From: the human T2T-CHM13v2.0 reference genome, Homo sapiens
Assembly (NCBI RefSeq): GCF_009914755.1
Contig: NC_060930.1
Direction: 5' to 3' (one strand)
Length of the DNA stretch: 64,000 bases
The number at the start of each line of letters is the position of its first letter. Position 1 is the first letter of the stretch. Shown piece after piece: positions 1 through 13,300 of this stretch. The position numbers and the translations under genes are program-made. The notes beneath the pieces are model-generated. The model worked only from the letters and a program-made list of their open reading frames with translations, was not told the DNA's origin and did no database searches.

Positions 1-99
1 AGACTTTCCCTTTGTGAAATAATAACCCTAGACCTGTAGTATTCAGGGGCATGTGAAACTTTTCTGAGCTTGACTTTTTAATTTTTGTTGGTTTGTTTG

Positions 100-225
100 G
101 GTTTTTATAATTGTGACAAAATATACATAACATCACATCTACTGTCTTAACAGTTTTTAAATGTAAAGTTCAGTAGTGTTAAGTACATCACATTGTTGAG
201 CAACCAATCTCCAGAGCTGGCTCAT
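100..225 (-). mobile_element. L1M (L1MA/L1MB-type) 3'-end fragment
   Basis: Resembles old L1 3' UTR (aaatatacataacat...cagtagtgttaagtacatcacattgttg). Confidence 0.55.
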
Positions 226-346
226 TTTATCAATCTCTGTACTTATCGTAAGCAGCTATGTTTAGTGATTTGGTCTCAGCAGCCCCTGCTGTAATTGAAT
301 TCTCCTTGATGCCTTGGAGGGTGGGCTTTTTCTATTCATTTAGCAC

Positions 347-760
347 TGTAGTAGTTTTCCATGGCTTCAGCAACAAATTATCACAAGTTCAGTTACTTAA
401 AACAACAGTTTATTAGTTCTTGAGGTCAGAAGTCCAGCACATGTCTCACTGGGCTAAAATCAAGGCCCTGGCAGGGCTGTGTTTCTTTCTGGAGACCCTA
501 GGAGAGAACCATTTTCTTTCCTTTTCCAGCTTTGAGAGACCACCTGTGTTCCTGGACTTGTGATCTTTTCCTCCTCTAAAACCAGCCATTTAGCATTTCT
601 CTGACTTTTTATTTTTAATCACATCTTTCTCTGACTCTCCTCCTTGGCCTCCCTTTTTCACTTTTAAGGCCTCTCATGGTTACGTCATCCTCAGATAATC
701 CAGGATACTCTCTCTATTTTAAGATCAGCTGATTAGCAACCTTAATTCCATCTGCAATCT
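347..760 (-). mobile_element. MLT1D-like MaLR LTR, truncated by L1
   Basis: gggctaaaatcaagg...gcagggctg and gattagcaaccttaattccatctgc motifs. Confidence 0.8.
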
Positions 761-3160
761 TTTTTTTTTTTTTTTCAGTTTTTATTTTAAGTTCAGGGCT
801 ACATGTGCAGGATGTGCAGGTTTGTTACATAGGTAAACATATATCATGGGGGTTTGTTTTACCAATTATTTTGTCATGAAGATATTAAGCCTAGTATCCA
901 TTAGTTATTTTTCCTGATCCTCTCCCTCATCCTATTCTCTACCCTCTGATAGGCTCAAGTGTGTGTTGTTCCCCTCTATGTGTCCATGTGTTCTTATCAT
1001 TTAGCTTCCACTTATAAGTGAGAACATGTGGTACCTGGTTTTCTGTTCCTGTGTTAGTTTGCTAAGGATAATGGCCTGCAGCTACATCCATGTCCCTGCA
1101 AAGGACATGATCTCATTCATTTTTATGGTTGCATATTATTCCATGGTGTATGGAATACATGTACCATGTTTTGTTTATCCAGTCTACTACTGATGGGCAT
1201 TTGGGTTGATTCCATGTCTTTGCTATTGTGAATAGTGCTGCAATGAACATATGTGTACATGTGTTTTTATAATAGAATGATTTATATTCCTTTGGGTACA
1301 TATCCAGTAATAGAATTGCTGGGTCAAATGGTATTTATGACTTTAGGTCTCTGAAGAATCGCCACACTATCCCACAATGGTTTAACTAATTTACACTCCC
1401 ACCAATAGTGTGTAAGTGTTCTTTTTTCTCCACAACCTATTTTTGACTTTTTAATAGTAGCCATTCTGAATGATGTGAGATGGTATCTTGTGGTTTTGAT
1501 TTGCGTTTCTCTAATGATCAGCAATGTTGAGCTTTTTTTTTTCTAAATATGTTTGTTGGCCACATGTATGTCTTCATTTGAAAAGTGTCTGTTCATGTCC
1601 TTTGCTCACTTTTTAATGAGGTCGTTTGTTTTTTTCTTGTAATTTTTTTAAGTTCCTTATAAGTACTGGGTATTAGACCTTTGTCAGATGCATAGTTTGC
1701 AAACATTTTCTCCTGTTCTGTAGGTTGTTTACTCTGTTGATAGTTTCCTTTGCTGTGCAGAAGCTCTTTAGTTTAATTAGATCCCATTTGTCAACTTTTT
1801 CCTTTTGTTGCAATTGCTTTTGGTGTCTTTAGTCATGAAATCTTTTCCCATGCCCATGACCTGAATGGTATTGCTTTGGTTGTCTTCCAAGGTTTTTGTA
1901 GTTTTGGATTTTACATTTAAGTCTTTAATCCACCTCGCATTAATTTTTGTATATGGTGTAAGGAAGGAGTCCAATTTTAATCTTCTGCATACAGCTAGCC
2001 AGTTATCCAGTTATCCCAGCACCATTTATTGAATAGGGAATCCTTTCCCCATTGCTTGTTTTCGTCAGGTTTGTTGAAGATCAGATAGTTGTAGATGTGC
2101 GATCTTATTTTTGGGTTCTCTAATCTGTTTCATTGATCTACGTGTCTGTTTGTGTGTCTGTTTAGTAACCAAAACCATGCTGTTTTGGTTACTGTAGCCT
2201 GTAGTATAGTTTGAAGTCAGGTATTATGATGCCTCCAGCTTTGTTCTTTTTGCTTAGGATTGTTTTGGCTATTTGAGCTCTTTTTGGTTCCATAGGAATT
2301 TTAAAATAGTTTTGTCTAGTTCTGTGAAGAGTGTCAATGGTAGTTTAATGGAAATAGTGTTGAATTTACAAATTTCTTTGGGCAGTATGACTATTTTAAC
2401 AATATTGAGTCTTCCTATCCATAAGCATGGAATGTTTTTCCATTTGGTTGTGTCATCTCTGATTTTTTGAGCTGTGGTTTGTAGTTCTCCTTGTAGAAAT
2501 CTTTCACTTCCCTTTTTAGTTGTATTCCTAGGTATTTTATTCTTTTTGTGGCAATTGTGAATGGGACTTTGTTTGTGATTTGGGTCTTGGCTTGACTGTT
2601 GTTGGTGAATAGAAATGCTAGAGATTTTGGCACATTGATTATGTATTCTGAGACTGCTGAAGTTGCTTCTGAAGAAGGTTTTGGGCTGAGACAATGGGGT
2701 TTTCTATGTATAGGGTCATGTCATCTTCAAACAGTGACAGTTTGACTCCTTCTCATCCTGTTTGAATTCCCTGTATTTATTTCTCTTGCCTGATTGCTCT
2801 GGGCAGAAATTTCAGTAATATACATTGAATAGGAATGGTAAGAAAGGGCATCCTTGTCTTGTGCCGGTTTTCAAGGGGAATGCTTCCAGCTTTTGCTCAT
2901 TCAGTATGATATTGACTGTGGGTTTGTTACAGATGGCTCTTATTATTTTGAGGTTTGTTCCTTCAATACCTAGTTTATTGAGTTTTTAACATGAAGGGAT
3001 GTTAAATTTTATTGAAAGCCCTTTCTGGATCTATTGAGTTAATCATGTGGTTTCCATCTTTAGTTTTGTATCTGATGAATCAGATTTATTTATTTGCTTA
3101 TGTTGAACCAACCTTGCATTCAGGGTTGAAGCTTACTTGATCGTGGGTTTTAAGCTGTTT
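761..3160 (-). mobile_element. 5'-truncated L1PA13-like LINE-1
   Basis: Poly-T tail, L1PA13-type 3' UTR, ORF2 C-terminal fragments in the ORF track (1113-2694). Confidence 0.9.
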
Positions 3161-3351
3161 TGTTTGCATGAGTATAAATCTAACTTTATAAAAACTATAA
3201 ATGGAATTTACAATCATGGTAAAGTGTGACATTGCTACTTAGAAAACATCTTAGATTGTATCCAGTTGAAGTACGGAAAATTCCAGTTTCTTATTTTGGG
3301 GGGAAATGAAATGCCTCATAAATAATACTCTAGGAAGGACAAGAAACTCAC

Positions 3352-3442
3352 CTACAGATTTTTTTCTTCTGTACATTTTTCTAACACTTGAAAAAATGCT
3401 GACATTTTGTGACTATGAAATTGATGGAAAGTGAATAAAGAA
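3352..3442 (-). pseudogene. Pseudo-exon, phase 2-0: SLFTFHQFHSHKMSAFFQVLEKCTEEKNL*
   Basis: ttcttttttacag acceptor, TAG|GTGAGT donor (TAG plausibly from CAG). Confidence 0.7.
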
Positions 3443-3730
3443 CTGTAAAAAAGAATAGCATATCATTATACATTCAAAATTGTTCTTCATTTTAAGAGTA
3501 GAAAACTGGGTAGGGATCTAAATCACAGCTATTTGAAATGAGATACGTGATATGTATTGTCTAAGAATACTTATGTCAGAGAGCCACAATTTTGCAAATT
3601 TCTTAAAAGGAAAGAATTATGTTTTACTATATCCAAGAGGGCAGAAAAGAAACATCAAGATACCACATGAATTCTAAGCTACAGAATAATGAACTATCCT
3701 TTGTATTTAAAGATGATACAGTCAAGTCAC

Positions 3731-3912
3731 CGTTGGCAGAAAAGATATTCTAAGCTAATAAAATCTGAACCTCCATCTCTCCCACAAGCTGTTTTACCAG
3801 AACTAAAGTTCAATAAGTCAATCAGACAATATTGCCGAGGGCCTTCAATGCGCAAGTTACTTTCATTTGTTCGGAGAAGCAAAGAAAAAGTTGTCTTTTT
3901 GAAAGACACTTG
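3731..3912 (-). pseudogene. Pseudo-exon, phase 0-2: QVSFKKTTFSLLLRTNESNLRIEGPRQYCLIDLLNFSSGKTACGRDGGSDFISLEYLFCQ
   Basis: Fully open 60 codons between ttattttag and CG|GTGACT. Confidence 0.75.
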
Positions 3913-4033
3913 CTAAAATAATTCTGTGCCATATACTGAAAGAATGGTATAAGTGGAAAGAGTATCTCCTGGTTTAATTTAGTAGTTATTCTGTGGTATG
4001 CCACAAAAATTAGCATACTCATAAAACTCTTAC

Positions 4034-4110
4034 CTTAGGCACTGGGGTCATCAAATAGAGACCTGGAGCTTATACTGCAGAGGAAATGATCACCTATAGC
4101 CCAAGTATCT
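4034..4110 (-). pseudogene. Pseudo-exon, phase 1-0: ILGL*VIISSAV*APGLYLMTPVPK
   Basis: tttcactttttccag acceptor, AAG|GTAAGA donor. Confidence 0.6.
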
Positions 4111-5111
4111 CTGGAAAAAGTGAAATGAGTTAGATTTCTACATCTAACCAACATCAAATTTAACATCTCTTGGATCTGACATGTGTCACAGGCCTTCAAA
4201 GTGCAGGTTGACTTGCCTAACTAATTTACACATTATGAAAAGAAGCCAAACACTTAGAAATACTCTATTAGAAACTGCTACTTAAAAACCCCAATGTGCC
4301 TCATTTAAAAAAGTGCTTGCTGAGATTCTTTTGAAGTGTGATTATTATTATTCATTCAAAACCCCTCTTAAGTTTTTATGAATGCATAAAATGATTTATC
4401 AGCCTTGTCCATGGGCTGCTCCAGATGTTGCTTTCCAGGCTGTAATTTTTATGAGTCTACTTTATAGGTCAAAGAGCTGGGAGTCAGGGTGACTGCTTAT
4501 AGCTTACAGTCTGGAGAGGTGATAATCATTTAGGAGACAGGAAAGCAATGAAATGACCATTTAAAATTTTTGCATTTTAAAGACTATGTGAGATGTAAAT
4601 ATAGGCAACAACAAACCTAAGTCACCAGTCAATTGGAGATATATTGACTTAAGTCTTTTAGCTCTTGTGTTTTTTTTTTAAACAAAACAAAACAAAACAA
4701 AATCTAAATCCAATGGAGGTGGTAGTAGTGTCTCATAAACTTCAATGTGAGTTTCCACTGCATCTTCTTATTACCAGCTCTATCTTTAATCCTGAGGCTT
4801 TGATGCCCAGGGAATGTGACATGCTGAGCAGTCTAAACAAAGGAATAAAGCTGACCTGGATTCTTTTTGAATCCATTAATTGACTGATTTATTTATGCAG
4901 GAACATTAATAGAGCAGTTATGGGGCACTGTTGGTATATAAAGATGCCTGGGACACAGCCCTGCCTTCCAGTGGCAAATAATTCCTTTGTAAGGAATAAG
5001 AGATAAGGAGGGGCCAAAATGAAGGTAAAGAAAAGCGGCAGGAGAGTACCGAAGAAAGATGAGTGGAGATTTGGAAAGACCGTCAGGATAACTGGATTCA
5101 CTGAAAAGAAA

Positions 5112-5380
5112 GCAGGATAGGGTAGAGGTGAAGCCTGGAATTTGGAGTCAGATAGACCTGGGTTTGAATTTGGCTTCTATAAACTTCCAATATCTGTGAC
5201 CTTGCTCAGGTTATTAGCCCCCAAGCCTTTGTTCCTGGACGTACCGGTAATGGCCTTATGAAGCCTCTATGGAGCCTTATGAAGCCTCTATGAAGTTCTT
5301 CATACAGGATCAATAATGTTATTCTAAAGAACTGCAAATCTTGGCACATAAAGAGTGATTAGCAAGAGGCAGCTCTTATT
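5112..5380 (+). mobile_element. MIR SINE with an internal ~21-bp tandem duplication (5253-5292)
   Basis: tttggagtcagatagacctgggtttgaat core; gccttatgaagcctctatg x2. Confidence 0.65.
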
Positions 5381-5468
5381 TTTATGGTTGTTTTCATATA
5401 AGACTGCTCAGAGGTTTGGAATATTTCTTGCGTGGGGCAGAGAATTGGATTCACAAAATTTCTCTAGC

Positions 5469-5659
5469 CAGTAATATGATAGATATCCCCACACAAGCTC
5501 ATGAAAACATGCTGTGATGTTTTCAGGAATTTTGCAAGCTGTTTGTTAAACATAGCTGTCCTTGAAATCGCCATGGTGGGAATATTTACACTATGAAAAC
5601 CAGCAAATGCTACAAATCTGAGCTCCCTGGTGCCCACTTGATTTACCAGCACATCATTG
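5469..5659. mobile_element. MER63A-like hAT DNA transposon
   Basis: tttcaggaattttgc...cttgaaatcgccatggtgggaatatttacac...atttaccagcacatcattg. Confidence 0.7.
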
Positions 5660-7039
5660 CAAGCAAATTTCAATCCTAGCAGACCTATGGGGCTCCAGGA
5701 GTGGAGGGGTGTAGGTGTAGATTTGGAGTGGGGAGAGAGCCTCCCCATAATTCAGGGTTTTAAGTCCTGTCTTGAGGGAACATAACCAGGGTCAAAGGTG
5801 ATGCCAGAATGAGAAGAAAAATGCGGCGGCGAATAAACTCTCTCTTTTTAAAAAAAATTCCTTAGAACTTGTAAACACGTTAAAACTCTCTTGTAATTTA
5901 AACATTTTATTTAAGCCTTTGAAAGCACTGTTTAAATGTCATATTTATAGGTGCATTCTGGAATTGAAAATTACAGCCCCAGAACGGCCCAAATGTTTGT
6001 TCCTTGATAGCAGCTGTTTTCAATATAATTAGAAGAAATGGAGCACACGTGTAGTAATAATATTTATAAACACTTCTTTTTGTGCTATCCAGATCTCCAC
6101 AGTGAATAACAGTGCTCTGGGTTCCCAAGTGTACCCAAGTCAATCATTTCCCTCTTTTCTGAATTGTAACAGGAGGATCTTCAATGGTTATGAGGTATTT
6201 AAAATCCAGCCTGGTCCTTATTATGGAGAAAGTGTTCCTTGTACCTAACCTAATCAGTATTGCTTGAATTGAATCTCATTCCGTCTTTGCCTCCATTAGG
6301 GATGGAGAACGGCTGGTCAGTATTTTCATTTATTCCATCATCAAAGCTGGTGATGCTGAATTTAAACTCCTGTAAGCCCAGTTTACATTTAGTCTTTTAA
6401 AATTTCTCTCTGTAGTACTGTTTTATAAAATTTTCACTGTCTAGATTTTTTTTTCTATCTCTGTTTCTTCCATGCCTGTTATGTCTCCAACTGCAAAAGC
6501 ATTCTTTGTTCCATTAAGTCCCGTATTTAGGGCCACTGCCGCCTGTCTATTCAAGTAGTAGATCTCTATCTGATAAATCCCCCACCCACTGATCCTTTTC
6601 TACCTCTAGATTATACCTGTTTTGGAAGGAGCTCCATGCACCTCTGAGGTTAGGCACTCGGCAGTTTATTTTTAGCTCCTTCATTTAATTGGCCTGCTAG
6701 GTTTTGCAGCTTGCTATTATTGCGTTCCAAACCGCAGTGACCAATGAAGTGTAAAGTCATCAAAAGTCTCTTAATTTTCTCCCTGGGTGAAGCTGGCATT
6801 AGAAAGTTTAGAGTTATTAATGGTTGTTTTGTCAACGACTAAACCGCATTTGCTTGGCCTAGGAAACCTTTTTGGGACACGGTAGACATACTATTAACGT
6901 TTCAGAGCCTGAGTTTTCAACCAGCTGACAGCTGAGAGGCAGTAAAATTGGAATTGAGGTGGAAAATCTCCAAAGAAAGTTTTTCCAACCCTGCAGAACC
7001 TACGATGACCAAAACTGCTATGCATAATGGAGGAGAAAG

Positions 7040-7205
7040 AACAGGGGCTTTAATGCCAGGGACAGTGAATGAACTCTGCCCCTGGATTGACTCTGTGACT
7101 GTGGCCAAGTGCTTAATTCCTCCTGATGCTCAGTGTCTTTATTTACAAACTTAGACAATATTATTTATTTCATAGGGATATATGAGGAACAATGTAATAC
7201 TATTT
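7040..7205 (+). mobile_element. MIR fragment
   Basis: tgtgactgtggccaagtgcttaa...ctcagtg core. Confidence 0.55.
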
Positions 7206-7217
7206 AGAGACTATAAT

Positions 7218-7349
7218 TAGGTGACTATCATTTATTATCCAAACCAAGACAGTTTTTAAAATGAAAGGGGGAGCTTTTAATTATGCCATGAAAAGAGACA
7301 TACGTTGGGGCTTTCCGAGGCAAATGTGGATGTCCAGTTATGTTCGCTA
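7218..7349. mobile_element. MER81-like hAT-Blackjack element
   Basis: taggtgactat...tccaaaccaagac...gaaaggggg. Confidence 0.65.
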
Positions 7350-7769
7350 TGATTTCCTCAGGTGGAGAGGCTGTGATACATTTAAGTGAATTCTGGTTTA
7401 GTGTAGGAACTAAATAAATGTTTTGCAGAATTAACAGAGGGCTTTTTGCCCTGTTTCCTTTTATCTCATATTCTTCTCCTTTGGTGCATAGCATGACTCC
7501 GGGAAAGAAAGTGCATAACAAAAAATGAGGCCAGAGGATTTTTGGGAAAGGGCCTCATTCCTTCTAAAATGTAAGCTTTGTCTGGGAGTGGTTGACCATA
7601 GTGATACAGAAACTCCACATGGGTTTGGAGGATGCAAGAGCAGAGGCCAGCAGATCAGGTATTATCCAGGAAGGAACTAAGACTCCAGTGAAATCCTGAT
7701 TCCAACACTGGGTGAAAACAGAAACAACATTTGCATTTTTTTTAACCCAAAACTTAAGTGTGGGGTTTG

Positions 7770-8048
7770 GGTATTTAAAATGTGGCTAGTCCAAATTGTG
7801 CTGTCAAGTGTGAGATACCCAGGTTTTCAAGACTTAGCACAAAAAGAATGGAAACTATCTTATTAATAATTTTTTATATTGATTACATGTTGAAATGATA
7901 TCTGGATGTATCACATTAAATAAAGCACATTATTAAAATTAATTTCAGCTGTTTCATTTTATCTTTTAAATGTGCATATTAGAAAATTTTAAATAATGTT
8001 TGTGGCTTGCACAGGTGGCTTGCCTTATATTTCTACTGGACAGTGCTG
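7770..8048. mobile_element. MER33 hAT-Charlie element
   Basis: aaatgtggctagtcc...gattacatgttgaaatgata...tatttctactggacagtgctg. Confidence 0.75.
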
Positions 8049-8191
8049 ATGTAGACCAATGGGGTGAGACAGGCCCCTTGAGCTCTGCACATACCTCCCT
8101 TGTGTAGGAGCAGCAGGATGCCTTCCATGTTCCCAAGAGCAGTTCAGGGAAGCCCCAGAGAGCTTGCATACTAGCTGGGAATAAGAGAGGA

Positions 8192-8665
<474 letters not shown>

Positions 8666-9077
8666 CTATTTAAGCTTTCTGGAACCTAGGTAAACCCCCC
8701 TGGGAAAGCAGATGGGGACCTTGGCGTAACTGACACTGTTTCTGCCACTCAGTGGAATGGGAACTAAAAATTGAAATTAAATTTAAATAAAGGCAAGGGT
8801 AATATTAAATATTTAGTAACTGTGTAACACCCCCACCAACGAATCAGATCAGAGGTTGGCTGAAAAATCTTGGCAGCTGCCTGCTGTGCCTGACATCATC
8901 TCTCAAATTTCTGGGACATTCAGAGAGCTGGGGCTTTGTGGAGTAGGGCTTAGGGTGGCAGTGACAGTGGAGAGGAATGCTCTTGACTGATAATGGAACA
9001 TTTTAATATTTAACATCTGTTATGCTTGTGCTGGTGCACACCAGCTCATATCAGATCTGGTTAAAAAATGAAGTTAC

Positions 9078-9228
9078 ATTTCTTGATCTTCTAAGTTTGT
9101 GAGTTGATTAATATATGTTGCATGTAAATTGAATGAAAGTTCCTTGCACACAATTCTTTGCCCTCCAACTTTTTTCTCTATTGCAAAGATTTGTTTTAAT
9201 CCCCATTATTGTTGCCATTTATTTTATT
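9078..9228 (-). pseudogene. Candidate pseudo-exon: *NKWQQ*WGLKQIFAIEKKVGGQRIVCKELSFNLHATYINQLTNLEDQE
   Basis: About 40 open codons in AT-rich DNA, AT|GTAACT donor. Confidence 0.4.
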
Positions 9229-9238
9229 CTTTAAGCCA

Positions 9239-9255
9239 ACACACGCACACACACA

Positions 9256-9292
<37 letters not shown>
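9239..9292. repeat. (CA)n microsatellite
   Basis: Direct observation. Confidence 0.95.
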
Positions 9293-9297
<5 letters not shown>

Positions 9298-9599
9298 CTA
9301 CCTCATTGATTATAGTGAGCTCTTCAGATTTTTCTTTTCCATCTTGATCTGGTTAAATATCTAAGTCAATGAGGACATTATTTTCATTTTAAGGAAGCAA
9401 AATTACTTGTTAGAAGAAATAGTAATTGAAGTTTCACACCATACCTTATAAATGCACACAATTATTATATGTCAATTAAAAACAAAATAAAACTTAAACA
9501 TCTTTTAAAAAGAGTAATACTGAAAGACTTACTATATCAGTTAAGTTATTTGGCTGTTTTAAAGGAGGTATAACATAGTATAAAATGATCTTAATAAGA

Positions 9600-11115
9600 A
9601 TGGGAAAAGCCCTAAATTGGAATACAGATGTAAACAAATAAACTTAACTAGACATTAAATAGATAACATGGCCACAGAGAATAAAATAAAAAGGAATTCA
9701 ATTAACTTTTGAAAGGAATTCCTTGTACACTTTCAGTGGGAATGATGAACAAGAGGAAGAATCCTGTAGTATTGGATTGGAATTAGAAGTATCAGTGATT
9801 AAAAACAAACAAACAAAAAACAAAACTAACAACAAAAAAACTCTATTAAAGGGATCTAAAAGCAAAAACAATCTTTGTTGGTAAGCTCATCAGATGGCCA
9901 GATTTTGGTTTCTAATACCATATCTCAGTGAAAAGAACATGGAGAAATGATCAATTCTAGGGCAAAGAGGAAGAAAGTGTAAGGTGAGTACAAAAAAAAA
10001 ATTGCTCAAAAAAAATAGGTCTTAGTCTACTGGTATAAAAAAAATGATAGGGACATGTCGAAAGAACACAAGAATTAGCTTAACAGGTTCCCATTGGACA
10101 ATTTTGGAAAATGTGAACATCAAAATAAATAATAACAGGAATAAATTTGATGAGTCTATGATGGAACTAAACCAAAGTGAAACAAATCTTAAAGCCCATC
10201 TATGCAGAAGAATACCAAATATAAATGTGGAAGAAATGAATAGTATAAATATAATAGAAAAATTACTCTTTTGCCACCACTGTACTAATAATTTGATTCA
10301 GGCAAGAATCATCCCATATGCTAAAATCATGAATGAAAGTATTTTCATATAGCCTCAAAATATTAACCCTCAGATTACTGATTACAAAAGCAAAAAGCTA
10401 CTTTTATGGATATTGTAGACATCTGGCAGATATTGCCTTAGCCAAGTGATCAAAATATCATCAATGAGGGCACAAACATCTCTGATGTAATGTACTAAAA
10501 AGAATAGAGCTATTTTCCCCAAAATATTTGATCTGTATCTAATTTGAAGACAAATGAGACAAATCTACATTGAGTATAATTTGGCAAAACTACTGCCTAG
10601 ACTCTTCAAAAATCTCAGTGCCATGAAAGGCAATGAAGGTAGAGAAACTGCTCTCAATTAAAGAAGACTAAAGAGACAGGAAAACAAAATGCAGTGTGAT
10701 CTTTGATGGAGTCCTGGATCATTACTGGGACAACTGGGATAATTGAATATAGATCATCTAATAGATATTATATTAATATTATATTTCCTGGTGATAATTG
10801 TATTTGGTTATGCAAGATAATGCCCTTGTTCTTAGCAGATACAATCTGAAGTATTTGGCATGATGGGTAATGTTGATTGTTTGCTAATAACTTTTAGATG
10901 GTGTCAGATAAAATATGTACATTCATGTAAAACAAACGTGTGTATGTTTATGTGTCTATGTATGTCTGTGTATATACATGTATAGGTATAAATATAAAGA
11001 GACAAAATCAGATGTGATAAAATGTTAATAATTGATAAATCTGAGGGGAGGGTATAAAAATGTTTCCTTTTCCTTTTACAACTTTTCTGTAGGTTTGAAA
11101 ATGTTTAAAATAAAC
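9600..11115 (+). mobile_element. Old L1 (L1MC/L1ME) 3' region
   Basis: L1MC/ME 3' UTR motifs; ends caacttttctgtaggtttgaaa...aataaa. Confidence 0.7.
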
Positions 11116-11137
11116 CCGAGGAAAGGTTTGAAGCTTA

Positions 11138-11490
<353 letters not shown>

Positions 11491-11654
11491 ATACATTTTA
11501 ATAAACAAAGTAAAAAGTCTAAGTTTTATAGCATGGCCAAGGTGGATTCTAGTCTTAGTAGTACCACTTGCTCTGCTTACTAGTGATACATCCAAAAGCA
11601 AATTTCTTAGATTTTTCATCTATAAAATGGAGATAAACAATGGAACTGACCCTA

Positions 11655-12130
11655 TGATAGAGGCAGCAGGCTGCCTAACCAATATCTATTCCTCCATTCT
11701 TTCTTATTAAAAGAATCATAAATTTGATGACATTGGCCATGTGCCCAGCTATATAACTACATTTCCCAGAATCCTTTGCAGAATGGTCAAGACATGGGAG
11801 TGGAAGTTGATGAATTAGAGCTTTGACAGCTTTGACACTTAGCCGGCTGGTGCCTTTTTGCCTTTACTTCTTTCCCTTCCTCTTGTTCCTGCCTAGAAGA
11901 TGAATGCAATGGTTGAAACTTCATGCCATTTTTAAAATATGAGATTGTGGATCACAACTGCATCTGGAAGGAGATGGAGTCACTGTGAACACAGCAGAAC
12001 TTCTGCACCAGCCTGAGATCATGTTTTGGATCTCCTGTTAACATGCAAAAACCACATCATTATTTAATTGCCAGTATTATTTAGTTTTTTTTTTTTTACT
12101 AAATGCAATCAAATGCAATTCCTCATTTAC
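11655..12130 (+). mobile_element. LTR33-like ERVL LTR inserted into a MIR (MIR pieces ~11545-11654 and ~12131-12235)
   Basis: ccaatatctattcc...actacatttcccagaatcctttgca. Confidence 0.6.
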
Positions 12131-12261
12131 ACCCTATCTTAGAGAGTTATGAAGATTGAATTTGGTAATACATGTAAAGTGTTTAGTATCATTCACAGTG
12201 CACAAAAAAGGCTTATGAATATTCAGCTATTATTATATCAATGTAGTACAAAGAAATGTAC

Positions 12262-12336
12262 TTTCCCATTGACCTAGAAGCAGAATAGATATTTTCTTTT
12301 CTTTTGTAATTCTATTTTAAAATATTCTTTTTTCAG
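12262..12336 (-). pseudogene. Candidate pseudo-exon, phase 0-0: LKKEYFKIELQKKRKYLFCF*VNGK
   Basis: tatttccttag acceptor; the upstream intron would be only 65 nt. Confidence 0.35.
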
Positions 12337-12401
12337 CTAAGGAAATACATAACAATTCAGAGTTCCTCAAATATCTTGTCTATTTAAACATAATTTCTTA
12401 C

Positions 12402-12561
12402 AGTGATTATCATAATCAGCCCATATTCAAAATGAAAATAGTAAATAGGTTTCTTGAACTAATGTAACCAAGTCATGTTTGGTGAATAATTGCTGTTCTA
12501 CAAGTTGAATAATTTGTTAAAGTTATGAAAATGATTATCTACCAAATATGCTAGATGGATT
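12402..12561 (-). pseudogene. Candidate pseudo-exon, phase 2-0: IHLAYLVDNHFHNFNKLFNL*NSNYSPNMTWLH*FKKPIYYFHFEYGLIMIIT
   Basis: cttttcatatgtttag acceptor, ACT|GTAAGA donor. Confidence 0.5.
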
Positions 12562-12740
12562 CTAAACATATGAAAAGTATTTTGTAATATGTGGGCTCAA
12601 TAAATAAAAAAGCATAAATGGGTAGCAGTGTTTACAAATCCTGGGAAAAATGTTTAAGCAAATTACATTCTATATTTAGGAGAAATTCTATATTTATTTT
12701 GTTTTAAAATAATAAATCAATATATTTAACATATTTTAAC

Positions 12741-12853
12741 TTGGTTTGAAATAAAATATGACTATGGTTGTTGGATTCAAAAGCCAGAATTTATCTTAAC
12801 AAACTGGTATTTCTTGATGATAAAGAACAATGGAAATTTTTTTAACTTATGAT
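12741..12853 (-). pseudogene. Candidate pseudo-exon, phase 0-2: IIS*KNFHCSLSSRNTSLLR*ILAFESNNHSHILFQT
   Basis: tactacag acceptor, AA|GTTAAA donor, phase fits both neighbours. Confidence 0.4.
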
Positions 12854-12933
12854 CTGTAGTAACATGTAACCAATATCTAGATTCAATATATCTCATAGCA
12901 TAATTTTCGTCTCTTTCATGTGGTTATTCATAC

Positions 12934-13114
12934 TGCCTGTGTGAATAAGAATCTCTCCTTCTGTATATAACAAGGTATTGTGTGACTAGAAAACAAAATG
13001 CCTGATTTCTGGTAAAGTAGGATTCCTCCTGAGTCTCTAACACTTGATTTTTCAAGTCTTTGTAACACAGAGATATCACATTGATTTTTAAACCTAGGAT
13101 TCTGACAATCCATC
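12934..13114 (-). pseudogene. Pseudo-exon, phase 2-0: MDCQNPRFKNQCDISVLQRLEKSSVRDSGGILLYQKSGILFSSHTIPCYIQKERFLFTQA
   Basis: Fully open 60 codons (ORF track 12928..13113), GCA|GTATGA donor. Confidence 0.7.
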
Positions 13115-13300
13115 CTTTAGCATATCATAAATTCATTTTTGCATATAATGAACATTTCTAATTGAGCTAAAGAATTATAAGGACCACAAGCATAATAAAT
13201 GCAAAGGAAGTGCCCAGCCCTGCTCACATTTATCTTTTCCCTCTTTACAATAATCCAGTGAGGTGGGTGAGCTTGTCCTCATTTGTACAGGCTAGGGAAC

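Noticed and set aside
5950-6370. Resemblance of SPALMME*MKILTS and KEQTFGPFWG to bornavirus nucleoprotein (EBLN)
   Set aside because: Spacing between the two motifs is about twice that in the nucleoprotein as I recall it, and no poly-A or TSD is present.
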